Part shown: positions 1 through 8,544 of the stretch, one piece after another | Position numbering within the stretch: the stretch's first letter is position 1 | Layout of the letters: every line of letters starts with the position of its first letter | Assembly: GCA_040387855.1 (NCBI GenBank) | Contig: JAZKCY010000001.1 | Span: 381,857 to 445,856 of the forward strand | Direction of reading: 5' to 3' | Length of the DNA: 64,000 nt | Source: Patescibacteria group bacterium | Lineage (GTDB): Bacteria > Patescibacteriota > Minisyncoccia > Phycocordibacterales > JAKAEA01 | Program-made: the position numbers and the translations under genes | The notes under the pieces: model-generated | Told to the model about the DNA's origin: nothing | Seen by the model: the letters and a program-made list of their open reading frames with translations, nothing else | Database searches by the model: none

Positions 1-689
1 GGCTTTATTGTTTTATATGATTGAAAAAGATATTCATGAATTTGATCTTCAGTGACTTGTGCTACTTTGGCTGCTTCTGACCATGTAGCTGATCCATAAG
101 GTTCATTATGTGTTTCCCACATAATAATATTTTTATGAGAACTAAAACGCTTTATATATGTAGAATATGCATCAGTATAAACTTTGATTCCAGCAGGAGT
201 TTTTATAAGTTCCCATCGGAAGTTTCCATCTAGACTTTTTGGTTCACCTTCATAATTACCAGCTCCCATTACACATATAACAGAAATGTTATGCTTCTCA
301 GCTTTTGTTAAAAAGTCATCAAGATTTTTTGCATACTTTTTATGTAGTTCAAATTTACCATCTTTAAAATTGAATAGTGATTCCATCTGACAAAATGTAC
401 GAATTTTTGTAATTCCCATCGCTTGGATTTCTGCAAGATCTTTATCTATGAGCTTTGAATTGTATTTCTCATTAAGCCAATTATATTCTTCAACTCCATT
501 ATGCAAATCGAGCCATGGAAGATTAATACCAAGGTTATCGTTTGTATATGGTGAATTTGTGGAGCTTCGTACCAAAGCATTTGAACTTGAATAATGTGTT
601 GTGTGCTCTACCATGCTAAGCATGCAAATAAGTAAAATTATTCCTAGTAAGACACTATAAGCAATGATCAATCGGTGATAGTGAGTCAT
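1..689 (-). CDS. Glycoside hydrolase family 5-like (cellulase/mannanase-type), N-terminal signal/TM. Partial: the 3' end lies beyond the window start.
   Basis: Reverse-strand ORF opens at ATG 689..687 (MTHYHRLIIAYSVLLGIILL...). It is open to position 1, which is why it is missing from the ORF track (no in-window stop). It carries the GH5-type WETHNEP (NEP acid/base) motif and a GITKIRTF block. Confidence 0.6.
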   Translation of the reverse strand, partial: MTHYHRLIIAYSVLLGIILLICMLSMVEHTTHYSSSNALVRSSTNSPYTNDNLGINLPWLDLHNGVEEYNWLNEKYNSKLIDKDLAEIQAMGITKIRTFCQMESLFNFKDGKFELHKKYAKNLDDFLTKAEKHNISVICVMGAGNYEGEPKSLDGNFRWELIKTPAGIKVYTDAYSTYIKRFSSHKNIIMWETHNEPYGSATWSEAAKVAQVTEDQIHEYLFQSYKTIK

Positions 690-693
690 AGTT

Positions 694-2118
694 TTATTTT
701 TTAACAATATGGAATCCATTTGAAGGTGAAAATATTACTCCTAAGACCCCAATGCTTTCAATAATTGCAAAAAAGGGAATTAAAATTATTTGTGCTATAT
801 ACCAACCAATTCTTTTTACTACATTATGTATGCCGTGCTCATCTAGGTTAACTTTGAGTCCAATAACATAGAAAACAATGAAAGAAATAAATGAGAAATT
901 AGCAAAGAAATGTAGCCATGATGGGATAGAAAATCCCAAGAAAAAATAGGCAATAGTATAGAGAGCCGCGAAAGGTGCAATGGCCCATACGATTGTATTG
1001 AAACCAAGCAAAAGTCTCCATTTGAAATCGATTGGGGCATAGAGAGTAACTTTAAGTAGCCCTTCAAACCACCGACGTCGCTGACGAATAAAATCACCAA
1101 CAGAATGTGTTGATTGCTCTTCAATATATCCATTTACCCATCGAGATCTATATCCTTGTTGCATAGCAAGGAGTGACCAATAGGCATCTTCAGTAATTGA
1201 TCCTTTTGGACCAAAATCAAAACCAATCGATTTTTCTACATCATTTCTAACAACTATAAATGAGCCATGCAATCCAAAAATTGTAATACCTAAAAGGTGC
1301 TGAAAATGAAATCGTCCCAAATCGTCTCCGGTTCGAATACTGTCTGCAAGCGTTAAAATAGGATGTTCTTTCCATTTTCGGTGATAAAGAATAGTTCCTT
1401 GTCCTATTCGATATGTTTTTGCAGTTTCTTCTTCGCTAATCATTTCACAAATACCTTTGATACTTGAACTTGTAAGATGACTTTCTTCATCAAGATGAAC
1501 TATCCATGCGTCATTTGGTAGCTTGGAATTTTCAAGCGCATAATGAAGTGCACGTGCTTTATATAAAGAACCCTGTGAGGTTTTGTATGTCTGAGGTACG
1601 ACAATATATGATAAATGAGAGTTTTCTTTTGGAAGCTCTGGATTTTTTATATCAATAACTACTTCAATAATAAAAGGGAAGAATTGATTTCGTATCATTT
1701 CTTTTTGACAGTTTCGTATGGTTTGAGTAAGTGCTTCTGTATTTGTACCTCTAGATACGATACGGAATGAAACTAATGTCTTAATGGGTAGTACTGTATT
1801 TAAACTATGAGAATGTTCAAAACGAAGTAATCCAATGAATCCCATTACAGCAGGGATTGCAGCTGCCAACCATAAATATGCTCCTAAAGACCAAAGCTTT
1901 TCAAGTAGTGTATGAGGAGTCTGAGTAATTGGCCACAGATAATCTTGAATATAATACAAAATTACGATACCTAGAATGATGTAGATACTAGTTCGCAATC
2001 TGTGACCAGAAATTTTCCATAATTTCCAATCCCTTATTGGTTCAATTTCAGTATAGTAAAAATCACCGATAATATCGGAGAGAGTTACTTTTGAACGGGG
2101 AGATGCAGAGAGCTTCAT
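694..2118 (-). CDS. Processive family-2 glycosyltransferase (cellulose/chitin/hyaluronan-synthase-like polysaccharide synthase), multi-TM
   Basis: 474 aa with N- and C-terminal TM helices and a cytoplasmic GT-A core. It has the Q(R)xRRW-type motif (FIRQRRRWFEG) and D/ED motifs typical of processive beta-glycan synthases. Adjacent to a GH5 hydrolase gene. Confidence 0.7.
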   Translation of the reverse strand: MKLSASPRSKVTLSDIIGDFYYTEIEPIRDWKLWKISGHRLRTSIYIILGIVILYYIQDYLWPITQTPHTLLEKLWSLGAYLWLAAAIPAVMGFIGLLRFEHSHSLNTVLPIKTLVSFRIVSRGTNTEALTQTIRNCQKEMIRNQFFPFIIEVVIDIKNPELPKENSHLSYIVVPQTYKTSQGSLYKARALHYALENSKLPNDAWIVHLDEESHLTSSSIKGICEMISEEETAKTYRIGQGTILYHRKWKEHPILTLADSIRTGDDLGRFHFQHLLGITIFGLHGSFIVVRNDVEKSIGFDFGPKGSITEDAYWSLLAMQQGYRSRWVNGYIEEQSTHSVGDFIRQRRRWFEGLLKVTLYAPIDFKWRLLLGFNTIVWAIAPFAALYTIAYFFLGFSIPSWLHFFANFSFISFIVFYVIGLKVNLDEHGIHNVVKRIGWYIAQIILIPFFAIIESIGVLGVIFSPSNGFHIVKK

Positions 2119-2187
2119 TGACTTTTATAACAATAATGTAGAGATTGGAAACTAACATATATTTGTTACATTGTCAATTAATCTTTG

Positions 2188-2610
2188 TTAGGAAATAGGA
2201 TACTTCTTTTTCATATACTGGAATGACTTTTTGATGAGACTTAGGAGTACTTTCTCATCTACATCCTCAAGTTTATTTATATATAAACACCCGGCACTGG
2301 TTTTGTGCTTGCCCAGCTTTTTAAGATCGGGGTTATTTTGATTACCATTAATAATATAAAGTGTGAGGTTTTGTTTGCGAGGCGAGAATCCTACAAGTGG
2401 CCAGTCGCCCTCCTGAGTACTTCGTTCTGACTTGTAGTGATACATCCCAAAGCCAACAATACTTGGTCCCCACATTACCGCTTTTTCACCTGTCACTTTT
2501 TCAAACATCTCAAGTAGCACAAATGCATCTTTCTGCTTTTGATCAGGTTCAATGGATTTTAAAAACTTCTCAACACTTTCTTTTGTTGCTTTTGTTTTTA
2601 ATTCGGCCAT
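2188..2610 (-). CDS. DUF1801 (YdhG-like) family protein
   Basis: 140 aa. Overall resemblance to YdhG/DUF1801 proteins (N-term MAELKTKATKESVEKFLKSIE..., GPSIVGFGMYHYK). Confidence 0.5.
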   Translation of the reverse strand: MAELKTKATKESVEKFLKSIEPDQKQKDAFVLLEMFEKVTGEKAVMWGPSIVGFGMYHYKSERSTQEGDWPLVGFSPRKQNLTLYIINGNQNNPDLKKLGKHKTSAGCLYINKLEDVDEKVLLSLIKKSFQYMKKKYPIS

Positions 2611-2618
2611 GTTTTTAT

Positions 2619-3035
2619 TTATGCTTTTGGTCCAGCAATATTTACCATCCAGCTAATATCATATTTATCATTGAGAAGCCCAAACATGTCTCCCCATGGT
2701 GCTTTCTCTAACGGCATTGCAATATTTCCTCCTTCTGCAAGTTTATTCCAGTAGCCCTGGAGTTCTTCTTGATTATCTCCACTAAGAGAAATAGAAATAT
2801 TTCCACCTGCAATAAAAGGAACACCTGGAGGAGTATCAGATGCCATTAATGTCATACCGTTATCGGCCACGAGCATTGCATGCATAATCTTATCTGCATC
2901 TGCAGGACTGTGTGGCATGCCACCATCTTTAAAGGTGCTGAGATCCAATTTTCCACCAAACACTGTTTGATAAAACTGCATTGCTTCTTTGGCATTACCA
3001 TCAAAGTTGATATAAGGGTTTAGTTTACTTTGCAT
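2619..3035 (-). CDS. PhnB-like / VOC (glyoxalase-fold, 3-demethylubiquinone-9 3-methyltransferase-domain) protein
   Basis: 138 aa. MQSKLNPYINFDGNAKEAMQFYQTVFGG...MHAML...DKYDISWMVN is the typical PhnB-family pattern. Confidence 0.7.
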   Translation of the reverse strand: MQSKLNPYINFDGNAKEAMQFYQTVFGGKLDLSTFKDGGMPHSPADADKIMHAMLVADNGMTLMASDTPPGVPFIAGGNISISLSGDNQEELQGYWNKLAEGGNIAMPLEKAPWGDMFGLLNDKYDISWMVNIAGPKA

Positions 3036-3058
3036 AATGTTAAAAATTAAAAATAATA

Positions 3059-3541
3059 TTATTGTGTTGGTTCATCATCTGCTGATGGTCCGTAAATAGA
3101 TGGAACCTTTGCTCCCATTGCTCGGAGGAACGTGAGAAGCTGACCTCGGTGATGGATTGCATCAAAGAGGAACATCCATGACATATGATATCGAGTGTCA
3201 TGCATAGTTTCATTCCAACCAGCTTTTCCAGTCTCCCATACTTCATCAGTAATCGATTCAACAGCTTTCATTAATTCAGGCATACCTTCATCAAATTTTG
3301 AAAGCATGTCGGCTTTTGTGAGTCCATCCATTTCATGAGGATTGAAGCTTGGGATTCCGGTAGTAGCAATTGTTGCCAAGGCTTTCCATTGGATAGCAAG
3401 CTGACCTGCTAAGTTTCCTGCACTTCGAGCCCGTTCATGCACTTTATAATCATGCTTATCTTCAGGCAATGCCTCAATAGCTTTTCTGAATTTCGGTGCT
3501 TCTTCTTTTAGGACTTCGAGAAAAAATTGTTTATTTGTCAT
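3059..3541 (-). CDS. DinB/YfiT-like (DinB_2) metal-dependent hydrolase-fold protein
   Basis: 160 aa. Four-helix DinB pattern with conserved His residues (HDTRYHMSWMFLFDAIHHRGQL). Confidence 0.6.
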   Translation of the reverse strand: MTNKQFFLEVLKEEAPKFRKAIEALPEDKHDYKVHERARSAGNLAGQLAIQWKALATIATTGIPSFNPHEMDGLTKADMLSKFDEGMPELMKAVESITDEVWETGKAGWNETMHDTRYHMSWMFLFDAIHHRGQLLTFLRAMGAKVPSIYGPSADDEPTQ

Positions 3542-3608
3542 ATGCCCTGTACTTTAGCACTAATAGTTAAAATATAAAAAAAGTCGAATCTTGCCTCAAG
3601 CAAGTCGA

Positions 3609-3893
3609 CTAGGTTCCTCCGGGATCAGGGCCTCCACCACGCGCGTTCCACGTGGAGAGGGTATTGCCCCGGTCGTCTGCGAACTTGTGGGCGGCGTCGA
3701 ACACCTTTTGGGTCGTGTCGCCACCCACCTCGTGGAGGAAGGTGTACCTATCTGCCGGCGGAGTATCATCGCTGAATTCGTCGGGATACTCCGTGTGATC
3801 GTAGAAGGCCGTCATGGACCTTCCATCACTGCAGGCGTAAATCCGACCGCGATTGTAGAGTTCACGATCAAGCATCTCAGGTCGCGTATTCAT
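3609..3893 (-). CDS. Hypothetical acidic protein encoded in a ~60% GC islet
   Basis: 94-aa ORF. Its third codon positions are strongly GC-biased, unlike its neighbours. The opposite-strand ORF (3591..3950) is Arg/Gly-rich and reads as antisense. No recognisable domain. Confidence 0.4.
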   Translation of the reverse strand: MNTRPEMLDRELYNRGRIYACSDGRSMTAFYDHTEYPDEFSDDTPPADRYTFLHEVGGDTTQKVFDAAHKFADDRGNTLSTWNARGGGPDPGGT

Positions 3894-3986
3894 AAGACGC
3901 TCCCATGCGGCGAGGTTTGGTTGGGGTCTGAGATTATAATGCGCTACTGACTATAAAAGTCAACCACTATTTGCTAAGATAGGAAT

Positions 3987-4298
3987 ATGTCAAAGATAGA
4001 AATTTCTAGTGGTACAGCTCATCCATTACCAGACGATTTGCGAAAGGCTTTAGGCTCATCTCCGAAGGCTCTTGTATCCTGGGAGGATATTACTCCATTG
4101 GCCCGTAATGAATGGATTTGCTGGACTATATCTGTGAAGACTCAGGAAACAAGGGATGATCATGTAAAAAGAACTGTTGAAGAACTTATAGAAGGCAAGC
4201 GTCGACCTTGTTGTTGGATAGGCTGCATCCACCGCAAAGATAAAGCCATGAGTGCTTCTCAAAAATTTATACTTACTAAAAAAGCGAAAAAGAAATAA
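3987..4298 (+). CDS. YdeI/OmpD-associated (bacteriocin-protection-like) family protein
   Basis: 103 aa. The C-terminal CCWIGCIHRKDK motif and the size fit the YdeI-type domain. Confidence 0.45.
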   Translation: MSKIEISSGTAHPLPDDLRKALGSSPKALVSWEDITPLARNEWICWTISVKTQETRDDHVKRTVEELIEGKRRPCCWIGCIHRKDKAMSASQKFILTKKAKKK

Positions 4299-4305
4299 AT
4301 AAATT

Positions 4306-4677
4306 ATGAAAGAAGCTACAAAACAACACCGGATTTATACAATGACGTTTTCAAGTGTGTATCGTCTTTATATTACTAAAGTAGAAAGAAAAGGACGCAC
4401 CAAAACTGAAGTTGATGAAATAGTACGATGGCTTACGGGATACACACAGAAAAAATTGGATTCACAAATAGAGAAAACGGTAACGTTTGAAACTTTTTTT
4501 GATGAAGCTCCACATATGAATCCATCAAGGTCTCTCATTACAGGTAAAATTTGTGGAGTACAGATAGAAGAAATCAAAGAGCCTCTTATGCGAGAAATTC
4601 GATACCTCGATAAACTTATAGATGAATTGGCAAAAGGGAAGGCGATGGAGAAAATTTTGCGAAAAGTGCAAAATTAA
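4306..4677 (+). CDS. DUF2200 family protein
   Basis: 123 aa. Overall resemblance to DUF2200 ([38 protein letters not shown]). Confidence 0.55.
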   Translation: MKEATKQHRIYTMTFSSVYRLYITKVERKGRTKTEVDEIVRWLTGYTQKKLDSQIEKTVTFETFFDEAPHMNPSRSLITGKICGVQIEEIKEPLMREIRYLDKLIDELAKGKAMEKILRKVQN

Positions 4678-5102
4678 ATTCTTGTAATAAGTGCATCTAC
4701 CTGTTTCTTCACTGCTTGAAATGTAGATTCAGATTCTAAAACGACAATAGTTTTATCTTTATTAATATCAGTATCAATTACATTCCATATTTCATGCTTG
4801 GGAATTTTTGCATGTAACGTTTGTTCACAGTATGTGGCGTGAGTTGGTTCCATAAATATTACGAGATCACTATCCTCGATCAGCTCTTTGGTAGTTTGGG
4901 TCCAATCTTTATTTGTATACTCAAGTATATTGTGATTCTGCAATGTATCTTTGGTATCCCAAGCTATCGCTCCTTCTATATTATTTACCGCATCAATGCC
5001 GCTTGATGTTGCTACCCAGTCTTTTATTTTGAGCGAGTTAAAATACGCCTCAGCCATTCTACTCCTAAATGTGTTGTTTGTGCATACAAAGTGAATTTTC
5101 AT
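4674..5102 (-). CDS. Low-molecular-weight phosphotyrosine phosphatase / ArsC-type arsenate reductase family
   Basis: 142 aa. N-terminal CX5R P-loop (VCTNNTFRS) and a conserved Asp downstream. Confidence 0.7.
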   Translation of the reverse strand: MKIHFVCTNNTFRSRMAEAYFNSLKIKDWVATSSGIDAVNNIEGAIAWDTKDTLQNHNILEYTNKDWTQTTKELIEDSDLVIFMEPTHATYCEQTLHAKIPKHEIWNVIDTDINKDKTIVVLESESTFQAVKKQVDALITRI

Positions 5103-5178
5103 ATCTATAAGTATCCCAATAAATCAAATAAAATGCTAGTTGCTCTACATTAGTGGAAGTGAATGCTATACTTTTTCT

Positions 5179-5745
5179 ATGGGAAAAATAATCGCTGGAA
5201 TGTCCATGTCTGTGGACGGATATATTAATAATAAGGATGGCGGGGTAGGAGAGCTCTATACAGATTTTAAAGAAATGCATGATGTACCATCTTTTAAAGA
5301 AACCATAGCTACAACCGGTGCTGTTATTATGGGAAAGCACACATATGAAATGGCAGATCCGTTTGAGTGGGCTACTAGTGATTATGAATTCCAAACTCCT
5401 ATTTTTGTTTTGGTTCATACTGTTCCTGAAAAATATCCGCAAGGAAATGGCAAATTGAGCTTTATCTTTGTAACAGATGGAATTGAGAGCGCAGTTTCTC
5501 AGGCGAAAAAAACAGCAGGGGATAAAGATGTGCAGGTAATTGGTGCAAACACTATTCAGCAGCTTTTAAATGCTGGGCTTTGTGATGAATTGGTTGTAGA
5601 TATGATGCCTGTATTGCTTGGAAAAGGAATACGACTATTTGAAAATATAAATACAGATAAAATAAAGCTTGAAAGAGTTAAGGTGCTTGAGACAACTTCT
5701 CAAAGAACGAGTATTACGTTTAAAGTCGTGAAAACTAATAAATAA
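5179..5745 (+). CDS. Dihydrofolate reductase-like (RibD C-terminal domain family) protein
   Basis: MGKIIAGMSMSVDGYI... is the typical N-terminus of the RibD_C/YwjB family. I chose the ATG at 5179 rather than the TTG at 5140 used by the ORF track. Confidence 0.65.
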   Translation: MGKIIAGMSMSVDGYINNKDGGVGELYTDFKEMHDVPSFKETIATTGAVIMGKHTYEMADPFEWATSDYEFQTPIFVLVHTVPEKYPQGNGKLSFIFVTDGIESAVSQAKKTAGDKDVQVIGANTIQQLLNAGLCDELVVDMMPVLLGKGIRLFENINTDKIKLERVKVLETTSQRTSITFKVVKTNK

Positions 5746-5749
5746 AAAA

Positions 5750-5778
5750 GACGTCCTCAAGGGGGAACCTTGGGACGT
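5750..5778. terminator. Hairpin gacgtcc-N15-ggacgtc between convergent genes (bidirectional terminator candidate)
   Basis: 7-bp perfect inverted repeat. It starts 5 nt after the 5745 stop and lies 16 nt before the end of the minus-strand gene at 5794. It marks the boundary between 37% GC and ~60% GC sequence. Confidence 0.5.
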
Positions 5779-5793
5779 CTATGGACTGTTCTC

Positions 5794-6273
5794 TTAGTTT
5801 GCCGGGGTGGCGAGCTTGGCGGACAGTTCGTCCAAGCTCCTCTTGAGGTACCAGGCCTGGAACTCGATCTGCTTCATCATCTCGAGCCGGAGCTGGCTGA
5901 TCACCGCTTCGAGGGTGACCGTGTCCTCCTTGTTCGCTGGCTCGTTGGCGTTCTTGGCCATGAGCCGGCGCGCGACGGTGCGGAGCGTCGCGCACTTCTC
6001 CAGGCGGTCCCGGTTGAAGATGATCGAGAGTCCCTCGTCGGCGCTCAGGTTGGGGAACCTCTCCACGTCCTTGAGCAGGACGCCGACCGTCCGGCTCTCG
6101 TTCTCCGACTGCTTGAGCAGGTCGGTGTTGCCGGCGGCTCGCTCCTTGAGGAACTGCGCCTTGAGTTCCTGGAGGTTGGCCTGCTCTGCCGGCTTGGTGG
6201 TGGCGTCGGCGGCCATGAGCTGGCTCGGCATGAACGCGAGCAGGATCCCGAAGAGGGCGATGGATCGCAGCAT
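5794..6273 (-). CDS. Secreted coiled-coil hypothetical protein encoded in a ~60% GC islet
   Basis: Begins MLRSIALFGILLAFMPSQLMAADA (Sec signal with AxA site), preceded by GGAAGGAAG as the SD. High-GC codon usage. Both strands in 5735..6372 have long open frames, as expected for GC-rich DNA. I picked this frame for its signal peptide and protein-like composition. Confidence 0.45.
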   Translation of the reverse strand: MLRSIALFGILLAFMPSQLMAADATTKPAEQANLQELKAQFLKERAAGNTDLLKQSENESRTVGVLLKDVERFPNLSADEGLSIIFNRDRLEKCATLRTVARRLMAKNANEPANKEDTVTLEAVISQLRLEMMKQIEFQAWYLKRSLDELSAKLATPAN

Positions 6274-6445
6274 ACGATGCTTCCTTCCGTAATGAACTAA
6301 AACGAGTAAGGTGGCCGAAGTAGCAACCTTTAACTCCTTGCACTGTATACTACACATCTTACACTCTGTCAATAAAATGATGAGAGTTACTTTTATTAAT
6401 ACATAGTACTATATTCTTTTTATATAGGATGCTGACTAATATAAA

Positions 6446-6628
6446 TTATTGATCTTTATTTTCTTTCTTAAAGAATATTGTGATAAATGAAGGTAACATA
6501 ATTACTACACAAGTTATGTAAAGCCACGTATCTTCACGACCGTTTATCCACCAGATTATTCCAAGGAAAATAAGTGCTCCGATAAGTAATAGAGCTGCAA
6601 TAGCATGCACTTTAGATCTTGTTTTCAT
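6446..6628 (-). CDS. Small membrane protein (2 TM), hypothetical
   Basis: 60 aa with two hydrophobic helices. Confidence 0.4.
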   Translation of the reverse strand: MKTRSKVHAIAALLLIGALIFLGIIWWINGREDTWLYITCVVIMLPSFITIFFKKENKDQ

Positions 6629-6633
6629 ATATT

Positions 6634-7062
6634 TTATTTACTTGGAGTAAATTCAATTAACCATTCAATACCGTATTTATCTCGAAACATTCCGGCATAT
6701 GATCCCCAAGGACTATCACCCATAGGTCCTTCAACAGTGCCACCAACTGAAAGGCCATTAAATATTTTTTCTGCTTCTTCCTTAGTGTCAGTAGTAATTA
6801 AAATTTTACTTCGATTTTCGTTTTCATTTACAGCGCCCATAAATGAAGGCACATCGTTTGCTATCAAAACACTGCCATTACCAATGGGGAGAGCAATATA
6901 CATTACCTTCTCTGCTTCGGCTTCTGGCATTTGTACTTCTGCAGTTGCAATATCTTTAAAACGAACAATCTTTGAAAACTCACCACCGAATACTGATTTA
7001 TAAAATGTAAGCGCTTCTTCAGCGTTGCCGTTGAAGTTAATCCAAGGGTTTATTGTTGCCAT
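6634..7062 (-). CDS. PhnB-like / VOC family protein (paralog of 2619..3035)
   Basis: MATINPWINFNGNAEEALTFYKSVFGG...DKYGIEWLI. Clearly homologous to the 2619..3035 product. Confidence 0.7.
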   Translation of the reverse strand: MATINPWINFNGNAEEALTFYKSVFGGEFSKIVRFKDIATAEVQMPEAEAEKVMYIALPIGNGSVLIANDVPSFMGAVNENENRSKILITTDTKEEAEKIFNGLSVGGTVEGPMGDSPWGSYAGMFRDKYGIEWLIEFTPSK

Positions 7063-7087
7063 AGGGGGATCATATCATAGACGGCAA

Positions 7088-7121
7088 TAAAAAATCACCT
7101 TGCTCACAAGGTGATTTTTTT
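7088..7121. terminator. Terminator hairpin with the AAAAATCACCTTG...CAAGGTGATTTTT stem (family copy 1)
   Basis: Stem aaaatcacctt / aaggtgatttt flanked by A- and T-runs. Downstream of mscL. Confidence 0.6.
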
Positions 7122-7138
7122 GCAGGTAATTATGTGTG

Positions 7139-7540
7139 TTATGCAATAACCTGTGTGCAATATGAACAACGTTTTGCCTCAAGCGGGATTTCGCTAAGAC
7201 ATTCTTTGCACTTTTTGGTAGTTGGGTCTGCTGGGGCTTCCTTTCGTGATTTTGCAATTAGATAATTCATCGGTTTAATGACAAAGAAAAAGATTGCTGC
7301 TGCGACAAGAACAAATGATACAAGGGCGTTAATGAAATGACCATACATAAACTGACTACCATTCACAGTAAATGAAAGCCCCGCAAAATCTGGTACTTTT
7401 GCGATTGCACCTATAAGTGGAGTGAGGAGATCTGTTACTAATGCAGTGACAACCGTTCCAAAAGCCGCTCCGATAACAACACCGACTGCCAAGTCAACAA
7501 CGTTGCCTCTGAGTAGAAACTGCTTGAAATCTTTTATCAT
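7139..7540 (-). CDS. mscL: Large-conductance mechanosensitive channel MscL with a C-terminal CxxC...CxxC zinc-ribbon extension
   Basis: MIKDFKQFLLRGNVVDLAVGVVIGAAFG... is the MscL signature, followed by two TM helices. The C-terminus carries KKCKECLSEIPLEAKRCSYCTQ. Confidence 0.85.
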   Translation of the reverse strand: MIKDFKQFLLRGNVVDLAVGVVIGAAFGTVVTALVTDLLTPLIGAIAKVPDFAGLSFTVNGSQFMYGHFINALVSFVLVAAAIFFFVIKPMNYLIAKSRKEAPADPTTKKCKECLSEIPLEAKRCSYCTQVIA

Positions 7541-7603
7541 AAAATAATAATTATTTAAAACTAGTTATAGTATAACAAAAGTCCTGAACACTGTCGGGGT
7601 AAC

Positions 7604-7635
7604 AAAAAATCACCTTGATAAATAGGGTGATTTTA
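7604..7635. terminator. Terminator hairpin with the shared ...AAAAAATCACC stem (family copy 2)
   Basis: ggtaacaaaaaatcaccttgataaatagggtgatttt, downstream of the kinase gene. Confidence 0.55.
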
Positions 7636-7669
7636 AGTGCTCACATGGTTGGAAGCAATTCGAACCTAT

Positions 7670-8215
7670 TTAATGTGAGGTAACTTTGCTAATCCAGTTA
7701 ATAAGGTCTTGAGAAACTTCTTCAGGGGATCGATTACTTGTATCTATAATTACAAAATCATTTTGTTCACTATCTTTTTTCAGAAGGGAAGTAACATAGA
7801 CATTATCTTGGATAAATTTTTCTACTGACTTATTTGTAACTCTTTCAAGATTTTTGATACTTTCTTCTGTTTGATACCTACCTAATAATCTTTTCTCGAG
7901 GTTTTCTTTGTTGATGTCTAAAAAACAAACTACAGGACGTATCTCAAGCTTATTAGAAGCTTCAATTATTTCTGCTGGCTTCATGAAACCACAAATAATA
8001 GTAGATATTCTTTTTAGCAAATTACTTTTGCTTAGTTCTAACCAATATAAAGTCTCTGATTGTCTCCATATTCTATCGACATTATCAGGAACGCCTCGTT
8101 CGTCGAAGTCATGAATTTCAAAATTGTGAGAAAGCTTTGACTGAAGCAGGGGAATAAGAGTAGTTTTGCCTACGCCATTTGGACCGATGATAAGGAATAT
8201 GTTTGAGCTATTCAT
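7670..8215 (-). CDS. P-loop NTPase / small-molecule kinase-like protein (AAA_33/AAA_18-type)
   Basis: Walker A IIGPNGVGKTT at the N-terminus. I chose the start at MNSSNIF (8215). Confidence 0.5.
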   Translation of the reverse strand: MNSSNIFLIIGPNGVGKTTLIPLLQSKLSHNFEIHDFDERGVPDNVDRIWRQSETLYWLELSKSNLLKRISTIICGFMKPAEIIEASNKLEIRPVVCFLDINKENLEKRLLGRYQTEESIKNLERVTNKSVEKFIQDNVYVTSLLKKDSEQNDFVIIDTSNRSPEEVSQDLINWISKVTSH

Positions 8216-8255
8216 TTTTATAGTATACCAAAGGTTCAAAACATCTAGCTGGTAA

Positions 8256-8289
8256 CAAAAAATCACCCTGTAAAACAAGGTGATTTTTT
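8256..8289. terminator. Terminator hairpin with the shared ...AAAAAATCACC stem (family copy 3)
   Basis: ggtaacaaaaaatcaccctgtaaaacaaggtgatttttt. It lies 3' of the tRNA-Asn on the minus strand. Confidence 0.55.
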
Positions 8290-8294
8290 CGATG

Positions 8295-8366
8295 CTCCTC
8301 CGGCAGGGATCGAACCTGCGACCAATCGCTTAACAGGCGACTGCTCTACCGCTGAGCTACAGAGGA
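8295..8366 (-). tRNA. tRNA-Asn (anticodon GUU)
   Basis: Hand-folded cloverleaf. Acceptor stem UCCUCUG/CGGAGGA with one G-U pair. D stem GCUC/GAGC. Anticodon loop CUGUUAA. T arm GCAGG-UUCGAUC-CCUGC. Discriminator G. No CCA encoded. Confidence 0.85.
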
Positions 8367-8544
8367 ATATGCTTCGTTCTCTCGAGCTTGCGCTCGGGGA
8401 ACGAACTTTTAGCATCATAGCAAAAAAACAGAAAATGTAAATATTGGACTTTATATAGATTTTGGGTGCGTATAAAACAGACTGATCGTACGTCTGATAT
8501 ACTATAAGGGTAGGTGTAATAATTGGTATAATTTAACTATATAT

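Noticed and set aside
843-1133. 96-aa ORF on the minus strand inside the GT2 synthase gene
   Set aside because: It lies entirely within the 694..2118 gene in a different frame. Its composition is Leu/Ser-rich and low-complexity. Spurious overlap.
2397-2711. 104-aa plus-strand ORF
   Set aside because: Antisense to the DUF1801 gene and PhnB-like gene junction. No RBS. Composition typical of a shadow ORF.
3591-3950. 119-aa plus-strand ORF in the first GC-rich islet
   Set aside because: Arg/Gly/Val-rich translation typical of the antisense frame of GC-rich coding DNA. The minus-strand frame (3609..3893) has protein-like composition.
5735-6372. Four overlapping long ORFs (202, 192, 176 and 161 aa) on both strands in the second GC-rich islet
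   Set aside because: High GC suppresses stop codons in all frames. Only the minus-strand frame that begins with a Sec signal peptide (5794..6273) was kept. The others are Arg/Pro/Gly-rich shadow frames.
6605-7003. 132-aa plus-strand ORF
   Set aside because: Antisense to the well-supported PhnB-like gene at 6634..7062.
8367-8420. Possible second tRNA or terminator next to tRNA-Asn (cgttctctcgagcttgcgctcggggaacg)
   Set aside because: Only an imperfect palindrome. It cannot be folded into a cloverleaf. Probably part of the tRNA promoter or leader region.
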